Source: the human T2T-CHM13v2.0 reference genome, Homo sapiens
Length of the DNA stretch: 64,000 nucleotides
Assembly (NCBI RefSeq): GCF_009914755.1
Contig: NC_060932.1
Direction: 5' to 3' (one strand)
Below are positions 54,679 through 64,000 of the stretch, piece after piece (the stretch's first letter is position 1; each line of letters opens with the position of its first letter). The notes under the pieces were generated by a model. It made no database searches, was not told the origin of the DNA, and saw only the letters and a program-made list of their open reading frames with translations. A program made the translations under genes and the position numbers.

Positions 54679-57600
54679 CGTTTTCCATTTTTTTTTAAAT
54701 TATACTTTAATTACTAGGGTACATGTGCACAACGTGCAGGTTTATTACGTATGTAAGCACGTGCCATGTTGGTGTGCTGCACCCATTCACTAGTCATTTA
54801 CATTAGGTATATCTCTTAATGTTATCCCTCCCCCTCCCCCCGCCCATGACAGGCCCCGGTGTGTGATGTTCCCCTTTCTGCGTCCAAGTGTTCTCCTAGT
54901 TCAATTCCCACCTATGAGTGGGATCACGCGGTGTTTGGTTTTTTTGTCCTTGCGATAGTTTGCTAAGAATGATGGTTTCCAGCTTCATCCGTGTCCCTCC
55001 GAAGGGCATGAACACATGCTTTTTTATGGCTGCATAGTATTCCAAGGTGTATTTGTGCCACGTTTCCTTAATCCAGTCTATCATTGATGGACATCTGGGC
55101 TGGTTCCAAGTCTTTGCTACTGTGAACGGTGCCGCAATAAACATACGTCTGCGTGTGTCCTTTTAGCAGCATGATTTATAGTCCTATGGGTGTATACCCA
55201 GTAATGGGACGGCTGGGTCAAATGGTATTTCTAATTCTAGATCCTTGAGGATTCGCCACACTATCTTCCACAACCGCTGAACTGGTTTACAGTCCCACCA
55301 GCAGTGTAAAAGTGTCCCTATTTCTCCACTACCTCTCCAGCACCTGTTGTTTCCTGACTTTTTTATTGATCGCTATTGTAACTGGTGTGAGACGATATCT
55401 CTTTGCGGATTTGATTTGCATTTCTCTGATGACCAGTGTTGATGAGCATTTTTTCATGTGTCTGTTGGCTGCATAAATGTCTTCTTTTTAGAAGTGTCTC
55501 TTCATATCCTTCCCGCACTTGTTGATGGGGTTGTTTGGTTTTTCTTGTAACTCTGTTTGAGTTCTTAGTAGATTCTGGATATTAGCCCTTTGTCAGATGA
55601 GTAGATTGCAAAAATTTTCTCCCTTTCTGTAGCATGCCTGTTCACTCTGATGGGAGTTTCTTTAGCTGTGCAGAAATTCTTTAGTGTAATTAGATGCCGT
55701 TTGTCAATATTGGCTTTTGTTGCCTTTGCTTTTGGCGTTTTAGACATGAGGTCCTTGCCCATGCCTATGTCCTGAATGGTATTGCCTAGGTTTTCTCCTA
55801 GGGTTCGTATGGCTTAAGATGTAACATTTAAGTCTTTCATCCGTCTTGAATAAACTTTTGCATAAGGTGTAAGGAAGGGATCCAATTTCACCTTCGGACA
55901 TATGGCTAGCCAGTTTTCCCAGCACCATTTATTAAATAGGGAATCCTTTCCCCATTTCTTGTTTTTGTCAGGTTTGTCAAAGATCCGACGGTTGTAGATG
56001 TGTCGTATTATTTCTGAGGGCTCTATTCTGTTCCATTGGTCTACAGTAACCAAAAAGGCAACCAACAGCATGCTGTTTGGTTACTGTAGGCTTGTAGTGT
56101 AGTTTGAAGTCGGGTAGCTTGATGCCTCCACCTTTGTTCTTTTGGCTTAGGATTATCTTGGCAGTGGGGGCCCTTTTGTGGTTCCATGTAAACTTTCAAG
56201 TAGTTTTTTCCAATTCTGTGAAGAAAGTCCTTGGTAGCTTGATGGGGATGGCATTGGATCTATAATATACCTTGGGCAGTATGGCCATTTTCACGATACT
56301 GATTCTTCCTAACCGTGAGCATGGAATATTCTTCCATTGGTTTGTGTCCTCTTTTATTTCGTGGAGCAGTGGTTTGTAGTTCTCCTTGAAGAGGTCCTTC
56401 GCACATCGCATCCCTTGTTAGTTGGATTCCTCAGAATTTTATTCTCTTTGAAGCAATTGTGAATGGGAGCTCAGTCATGATTTGGCTCTCTGTTTGCCTG
56501 TTATTGGTGTATGAGAATGCTTGTGTGTTTTGCACATCGATTTTGTATCCTGAGACTTTGCTGAAGTTGCTTATCAGCTTAAGGAGATTTTGGGCTGAGA
56601 CGATGGGGTTTTCTAAATATTCAATCATGTCATCTACAAACAGGGACAATTTGACTTCCTCTTTTCCTAATTGATTACTCTTTATTTCTTTCTCCTGCCT
56701 GATTGCCCTGGCCAGAAGTTCCAACACTATGTTGAATAGGAGTGGTGAGAGAGGGCACCCCTGTCTTGTGGCAGTTTGCAAAGGGAATGCTTCCACTTTT
56801 TGCCCATTCAGTATGATATTGGCTGTGGGTTTGCCCTAAATAGCCCTTATTATTTTGAGGTATGTCCCATCAGTACCTAATTTATTGAGAGTTTTTGGCA
56901 TGAAAGGCTGTTGAATTTTGTCAAAGGCCTTTTCTGCATCTGTTGAGATAATCACGCGGTTTCTGTCTTTGGTTCCGATTATATGCTGGATTATGTTTAT
57001 TGATTTGCATATGTTGGACCAGCCTTGCATGTCAGGGATGAAGCCCACTTGATCATAATGGATAAGCTCTTTGATGTGCTGCTGGATTCGGTTTGCCAGC
57101 ATTTTATGGAGGATTTTTCCATCGGTGTTCCTCAGGGATATGGGCCGAAAATTCTCTTTGTTGGTTGTGTCTCTCTCAGCCTTTGGGATCAGGATGATGC
57201 TGGCCTCATAAAATGAGATAGGGAGGATTCCCTCTTTTTCTGTTGATTGGAATAGTTTCCGAAGGAATGGTACCAGCTCCTCCTTGTACTTCTGGTAGAA
57301 TTCGGCTGTGAATCCGTCTGGTCCTGGAGTTTTATTGCTTGATAGGCTATTAATTATTGCCTCAATTTCAGAGCCTGTTATTGGTCTATTCAGGCATTCA
57401 ACTTCTTCCTGGTTTACTCTGGGGAGGTTGCATGTGTCCAGGAATTTATTCATTTCTTCTAGATTTCCGAGTTTGTTTGCCTAGAGGTGTTGACAGTATT
57501 CTCTCATGGTAGTTTGTACTTCTGTGGGATCAGTGGTGATATCCCCTTTATCATTTTTTATTGCATCTGCTTGATTCTTCTTCCTTTCATTCTTTAATAG

Positions 57601-58350
57601 TCTTGCTAGTGGTCTATCAATTTTGTTGATGGTTTCAAAAAACCCGCTCCTGGATTCATTGATTTTTTGAAGGGTTTTTTGGGTCTCTATCTCCTTCAGT
57701 TCTGCTCGGATCTTAGTTATTTCTTGCCTTCTGCTAGCTTTTGAATGTGTTTGCTCTTGCTTCTCTCATCCTTTTAATGGTGATGTTAGGGTATGCATTT
57801 TTGATCTTTCCTGCTTTCCCTTGTGGGCGTTTAGTGCTATAAATTTCCCTCTACACACTGCTTAAAATGTGTCCCAGAGATTCTGGTATGTTGTGTCTTT
57901 GTTCTCATTGCTTTCAGAGAATATCTTTATTTCTGCCTTCATTTCGTTATGTACCCAGTACTCATTCAGGAACAGCTTGTCCGGTTTCCATGCAGTTGTG
58001 CGGTTTTGAGTGAGTTTCTCAATCCTGAGGTCTAGTGTGATTGCAATGTGGTCTGAGAGACCGTTTGTAATAATTTCTGTTATTTTACTTTTACTGAGGA
58101 GTGCTTTACTTCCAACTATGTGGTCAATGTGGAAATAAGTGTGATGTGGTGCTGAGAAGAATGTATATTCTGTTGATTTGGGGTGGAGCGTTCTGTACAT
58201 GTCTCCTAGGTCCGCTTGGTGCAGAGCTGAGCTCAATTCCCGGATATCCTTTTTTAACTTTCTGTCTCGTTGGTGTGTCTAATGTTGACAGTGGGGTGTT
58301 AAGTTTGCCATTATTATTATTATTACTATGTGGGAGTCTAAGTCTCTTTT
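54679..58350 (-). mobile_element. 5'-truncated L1PA, unit 5
   Basis: ORF2 fragments (54896-58236) and the same TSD. Confidence 0.96.
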
Positions 58351-58914
58351 GATCACACTTTAAAGACCAAAAGGTAGAAGCGCAAAGACGTTATCTGTCC
58401 AATATTACAAACCTAGTAAGTGGTGGAATTTGGCCTTGAACCCAGATCTGTAACTCCAGAGCCGAAGTGCTTCACCCACCTCCCTGTGGTGCCTCTACAG
58501 AAAAAGAGGTAAGCAGGCATTCCGAAAGCTGGTGGGCCGGGGGGCTGGCCTTGTACTCAGAAGCCATGGAAGTCCCACGTGGGGTGGCTAGTGGTGTAAG
58601 GACAGAGGTCTCGGATGGGCAGAGGGATGTGGACAGGCGCGAGGGCGCGCGGCAGGGACTCGGGGGACTGGGAGTGGCGGCTCGGGGCTGCGGGAGGCGA
58701 TTGGTGGAAGGACAGAGGTCTGGGAGGGGCAGAGGGATGTGGACAGGCCCGAGGGGCCGCGGCAGGGATTCCGGGGGACCGGGAGTGGGGGGTTGGGGTT
58801 ACTCTTGGCTTTTTGCCCTCTCCTGCCGCCGGCTGCTCCAGTTTCTTTCGCCTTGCGGCGAGGTGGGCAGGGTGAGCTCTCGGGACTGATGGCGGTTTTG
58901 GAAGAGGCCTGGGG

Positions 58915-60942
58915 CTAAGGACAGGCCAGGGCGGCGGGAGAGGCGGACCGGTGGCGTGGCTGGATCTGGGCGCGCTGTCGGACCTTCCACATCACCAGCT
59001 GCAGGCAGGCGTTTGCGTCCTCGCTGGAGTTGTGGCCGTCCTGGCTGTCCTGGATGATCTGTGCCAGGTAGTCGGCCGCGAGATTCCTGAGGGAGCGCTT
59101 GTAGGGGAAACCCAGGTAGTGCGGGAAGAGCACGGCCGTGTCCACCACGGTGCTGTGGATGAGCTTCAGGGCCAGCAGGTCGCTCTCCAGGCTGTGCCCG
59201 ATGAGGATGGTTTGGGCGCTGAAAAAGCTCAGCAGGATGGCTTGGACTTGGGGCAACGTGATGCTCGTCTTGGCGACGTCGGCCTCGGTGACTCCGGAAA
59301 ACCTGGTGTTGTAGTCCACGATCTCGTTGTCGGGCTTGACGAAGGTGTCGTACACCACTCGCATGTCGGCGTCCACCACGGTGACGCGGGTCAGCTCTAG
59401 GCCATGCGTGGTGTAGCACATCTCACAGTCCAAGGCGTAGATTCCTGGATAAGCGTCTCTGGACAACTCTTTCTTGAAGGTCTCCACGAAGCCATCGAGG
59501 CTCTCCTTGCGGCCGTCCCGCACGTGCTGCTTTGCCACCTGGCAGCCCACAGAGCCAGGAGCAGCTGCACAGCAGGTGTACTGGCTAACCCGGCCTCCAG
59601 CCACCTGGCTCGAGCGGACCCGCCCCCAGTGATAATAACACAACTGGTCGCGTACACAGCGGCCCGAGGAGGACACCAGGTACTCGGTGCCACAACGGCA
59701 GCAGACCCTGCAGGAGGAGTCGCCGGGCCCCTTCCCCTGGCCAGTGAAGAGGACGGCGCCTCCGGGCCGCTCGGGGTGCGGGAAGGGGTAGCCGTTCTCC
59801 TTGAGCTGGTCCTGGGTGAGCAGGAACTCCTGGAGGCGGCTGTACAGGGCGGCCCTGCTGAGGCCGGGCATGGAGCTGGGGGTCAGGCCCTTCAGTCTCT
59901 TGAGGGTGTTCAGGACCACGTTCAGGTACCTGTTCTTGTTGGGGCTGCAGTCGTAGGCCACCTTCTCCTCGTTCAGCGCCTTCTCCTCGGCCTCCTGCTT
60001 GGAGGCGCAGAACTTGAGACACTCTTCGGTGAACAGTTGGAGATAGCCTCGGCGGAGGACGGTGGGGACTTGGCACCCAGAGCTTCGGAGGATAATGGGT
60101 TTCTTCAAACTCAAACTCGGTAAGGATGCACGACGGACGATTCGCTTAGAGCTGGTGGTGGCGGTGGTCTTGCATGCCATCCCTGACCTGTTGCGCGTCT
60201 TCCCTGGCTGTCTGCCGACCTTGGAGCCACGGGAGCGTTGGCTGCTGCTGGCCACCCGGGTTCTCTTGGCATCTGTGTAACCTGTGACCAAGCAAGGGCT
60301 GGAAGAGTGGGCGATCGTCTTCCTCTTCCTGGGGGCTGAGATGCGGACTCCCGAGGGCCTCTCTGTCAGCCTTGGGGCGGCTGGCAAGCGGCAGGCCGAT
60401 CCCCTCTGCGCAGGGAAGTAGCACGACTCCGTCACCATCTTGGGCCACGCTGGGGGCACCGCCGGACCCCTGTTCTGGGGCTCCGCCTGGATGTCCACAA
60501 ATGCTGAGGCCTGCTTGTGCATCTGGGGCACCCAGAGCCCGAAGCTCTGGGCAGGCTGATGAGAGGGCAGTGGGAATTTTGGAGCCTCGAGGGCCGCCTC
60601 CTCGGCCACCTTCTTAGCTTCTGGGTATCCAGGTGGGAACCAGCAGGGAGCTGTGGCTCGCAACATCTTGCTGCCTTCGGGAGCACCGGCCGGGCTCTGC
60701 TCCGCTCCCAAATGGCGGCTTGCCTCCGGGGCCGCCTCCTTGGCCACCTTCTTAGCTTCTGGGTATCCAGGGCGGAACCAGCAGGGAGCTGTGGCTCGCA
60801 ACATCTTGCTGCCTTCGGGAGCACCGGCCTGGCTCTGCTCCCCTCCCAAATGGCGGCTTGCCTCCAGGGCCGCCTCCTCGGCCACCTTCTTAGCTTCTGG
60901 GTATCCAGGGGGGAACCAGCAGGGAGCTGTGGCTCGCAACAT
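58915..60942 (-). CDS. REXO1L1: REXO1-like exonuclease GOR retrogene, copy 5 (E122K variant)
   Basis: Identical to the other copies except APEF>APKF (plus-strand C>T at 60579). Confidence 0.9.
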   Translation of the reverse strand: MLRATAPCWFPPGYPEAKKVAEEAALEASRHLGGEQSQAGAPEGSKMLRATAPCWFRPGYPEAKKVAKEAAPEASRHLGAEQSPAGAPEGSKMLRATAPCWFPPGYPEAKKVAEEAALEAPKFPLPSHQPAQSFGLWVPQMHKQASAFVDIQAEPQNRGPAVPPAWPKMVTESCYFPAQRGSACRLPAAPRLTERPSGVRISAPRKRKTIAHSSSPCLVTGYTDAKRTRVASSSQRSRGSKVGRQPGKTRNRSGMACKTTATTSSKRIVRRASLPSLSLKKPIILRSSGCQVPTVLRRGYLQLFTEECLKFCASKQEAEEKALNEEKVAYDCSPNKNRYLNVVLNTLKRLKGLTPSSMPGLSRAALYSRLQEFLLTQDQLKENGYPFPHPERPGGAVLFTGQGKGPGDSSCRVCCRCGTEYLVSSSGRCVRDQLCYYHWGRVRSSQVAGGRVSQYTCCAAAPGSVGCQVAKQHVRDGRKESLDGFVETFKKELSRDAYPGIYALDCEMCYTTHGLELTRVTVVDADMRVVYDTFVKPDNEIVDYNTRFSGVTEADVAKTSITLPQVQAILLSFFSAQTILIGHSLESDLLALKLIHSTVVDTAVLFPHYLGFPYKRSLRNLAADYLAQIIQDSQDGHNSSEDANACLQLVMWKVRQRAQIQPRHRSASPAALACP

Positions 60943-61000
60943 CTTGCTGCCTTCGGGAGCACCGGCCTGGCTCTGCTCCTCTCCCAACTGGCGGCTTCAA

Positions 61001-61280
61001 TGAGTGCTGCGGCCGCCACTTGTCGCCTTTATATAGGCACAGGGCAGACTGGGTGGGACTTCTCCTTGATAGGTTGGTGCTTCAGTCCAATCACACTGAG
61101 CCTCATCTTCCACCAGACTCCAGCTTGGGAATGCCTCAGGGGGTGCGCTAATGGAATCAACTGGAACTCCCGGTTGCTAAACTTGGAGCTAGGTTGCTTT
61201 TCCTGAGTTAAGTAACTGTCCCTGCAGGGCAGTCCTATAATGGCTACTGGAATTGGGCTACCTAGGATTAAATTAAGGTT
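61001..61280 (-). promoter_or_regulatory. Putative promoter of copy 5
   Basis: Same motifs as copy 1. Confidence 0.6.
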
Positions 61281-61480
61281 CAGGGAGGTTGGTCAACTTG
61301 CTTGGGCCCACACAGCACCCCTTGGAGCCAGGACTGGGCCAGCAGTCTGCTGCATGCTGGAGGGCGGGATCCCTCTGGGGCTGCCTTTCCCTGCTCTGTG
61401 CACTCCGCCGCTGCGGGCAAATTGAGGACAGGAAGCGGACCGCACCCACTTCTCTCCCAGGACTTGGGCAATGTTCAACA

Positions 61481-62365
61481 CAGGTGGTCTTCCAAAGGTT
61501 CATAGAAAATGCACATGGTGAAGAAACTATGCATGGATTTCCACTGGTTTGCACTAAAATAAACTTGTCCTAACTTCTGATAACCTTTCTGAACTAGATC
61601 TAGTTTGAGGCACTAAGAAGGATGAGACATCCACTGAAAAGGACTCCCATCAGAGCAACTTGAATTCCACGAAAATTGCAGCAAGAGGAAACATCAAATT
61701 TATGGTGAAGCTTGGGTGGAAGATTGAAGAAATCATTGACGTTTTAAGAAAAGCTTGTAAGGACACTACCCCAAAGAAATGAACTCTTTACGAATGTATA
61801 GCTTGTTTCAAGAAGAGGTGAGAAGATGTGGAAGATGAATCCTGCAGTGGCTGTGAAAACCACTGTGCCCAGATCAGCTGGATTTACGACGAGAGCTATC
61901 AGTGGAAATTTTAAACAGGAGGGATCACGATCCTGACGCATCCCTCTGACAAATTGTAAGCGGCAGTTGGAACATGGCTTCACCAATATGATCTCGAAGG
62001 CAAAGCATCATGAAAGCGATGGCTACCAAGAGGTGGCAGTGGTCCAGTCAAAGGAAAAGGAGGCCAGTCAGGAGCCCACATCATGGCATCAGTGTTTTGG
62101 GACACTCAAGGCATTTTGCTTGTTGACTTTCTGAAAGGCCAAACATCTGCTTATTAGGAGAGTGTTCTGAGAAGCTTAGATAAAGCTTTGGTAGAAACAT
62201 GCTGGGAAAGTCTCACTAGATCCTTGTTCACCACATCAATGCTCTGCTCATTCCTCTCATCAAACAAGGGCAATTTTGTCAGTTTCAATGGGCAGTCCTT
62301 AGGAATTCACCTTACGGGCTGCTTTCATTCCTTCTAAATTCTTTTTGTTTCCTAATGATAAAAAG
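61481..62365 (+). mobile_element. Hsmar2 relic, unit 6
   Basis: Copy of 531-1415 at offset 60950. Confidence 0.88.
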
Positions 62366-62850
62366 TCTCCTTGCCTTGCTTGGAAAGATGAGAGAAAGTC
62401 TCCTTGCCTTGTTTGGACAGATGAGAGATGAGATCCTCCTCTTCTCTCCCAGGACAGAATGGTGAGACTTGAGTTTCCTTTCTCCTCACTCTTCTCCTCC
62501 TTGAGGGAGCTGCTGTGCCGGACAGACCTGCCCCCGTGTCTAGACACTGGTAGACTCGTTTAAGTTCCTCACAGGCAATCCTCCATGGGGTCAAAGTGGA
62601 AGGACTTATTTCTTCAGGGCTCAGTAGTCCACATCCTGGCGCGCACCTTCACCAGCCCAGGGCGGGGTAGAGGAGGGTGAAAGGGCGTGGCTCAGAGCCC
62701 GCTTCTTCCGCTCGGGCGTATCCTGGGAGGAACCCTTGTCCGGTGAGCATGTCTTCGTCTCTACCAAATTCCCTAGTGGGACATTTCTGGCAGCCCTACT
62801 TGTTCAGCAGCTTACGGGGGTCAGGTGGACCTCTGCTAGTCACCAGCCTG
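62362..62850 (-). pseudogene. Decayed upstream REXO1 retrocopy fragment, unit 6
   Basis: As in unit 1. Confidence 0.75.
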
Positions 62851-64000
62851 AAGCCCTTTCTCCATTTCAGCTATTTTGGCAGTTGCCTAGGTGACTTTTG
62901 AACCTCATTATCCAGAACAGCAAACGGACGAGGGGTGAGAAGAGTGGCCGTCTGGGTTTGCAGCATAGTGCTGCCTTCTAGGAGTTGTGCAGTCTTCGAT
63001 TGTGTGAAACTTCACCTGGCTGATTTGTGGCAATGCCTCCACAAATTCGCTAAATTCAGTAGCTTTTGCCTTCCAAGATTCATTTACACAATGTTGAATG
63101 CTTTAAATGAATGAGCATGAAGAGTGCTGGGCTGGAAAGTGATGAGATGGGTGGTAGGGACTCCTCGGAGTAGAGGAGTAGAGTTTTACTATTATGACTA
63201 GGAGGCAAATAAAAAGAAGCTGAACGTGATCCATAATAAAAGAAGCACACACTCACAGAGCTCCATACCAACTACATTAAAATGGAAATCATGATATTTG
63301 GAAATACAACTTAATTGGAAATCATTAAGTAATCTCATCAACCTTTTTACAGTGGGTGGCAGGGCTATGGAGGGAAAACAGCAATGGTTCTGGCACCTAC
63401 TTAACTTGATTCCATTAAATTCACCCAACAGGCCTCCAGAGAACATATTACTGCTTTGATATTACAAAGGGAAAAACAGCTATGGCGTCTCTGAAAAGCA
63501 CAACGTGCTAGGACTGGAATGACTTTAAAACCACACATAAATTTCTGAGAGATTTTTGCCATAAGGTACCATCCACCTTACTGTAAACCACATCCTAAAA
63601 TTGTCTGCAGTGCAAATGGATTATGTGCATCCAACAGGAAACAGCATAGGTTGAGAAGCTGTTACTTAATAGCTTCATTGTCACCACGAGTGTAAAGTGT
63701 GGGGTCTCATCACTTTTGCACCCACGTTTTGCCTGTTGGTTTCTCCACACTGTCAGGAGCATTTGACCAACTCACTGTGGCTCAGGGTCCCTTACGCAGC
63801 CTGTTGGGGAAACCAGTGGGTATTGAAGACCTGCCTCTGGTGTGCCAGGACGTTGTGCCTGCCGGCCACTCTGACTTGCGATCTTCCGCCTCAGTGTATG
63901 GCTTCCTACACCTGGGTAATTAACATTGCCAGCATGATAAGGAGGTCCTTTCATCACTATTGCCACTAGTCCTTCCGACTCCTGTGCCCTGTTTCTCCTT

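Overview
Primate (human-type) genomic DNA made up entirely of a head-to-tail ~12.19-kb macrosatellite. There are five complete units (1-12190, 12191-24382, 24383-36572, 36573-48761, 48762-60950) plus a partial sixth. It matches the known GOR1/REXO1L1 VNTR of human 8q21.2 (recognised from memory, not searched). Each unit carries an intronless minus-strand REXO1-derived DEDDh exonuclease ORF (675 aa from the first ATG) in a CpG island with a TATA/CCAAT promoter. Each unit also has an Hsmar2 mariner relic, a decayed upstream piece of the same REXO1 retrocopy, two Alus, old L1M/MIR fragments, and a 3.7-kb 5'-truncated L1PA with an 11-bp TSD. The most interesting observations: (1) the REXO1 retrocopy appears split by a ~1.9-kb block that supplied a new promoter and N-terminus; (2) DUX4-type and K50-homeodomain motifs sit in that promoter; (3) the ORF is nearly invariant across copies with intact catalytic residues while the spacer varies; (4) a fixed TAG hides a 108-codon in-frame extension with the GOR epitope; (5) the L1 has gained CpGs instead of losing them; (6) the units are recombinant mosaics. 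No prokaryotic-type system (CRISPR, operon) is present.
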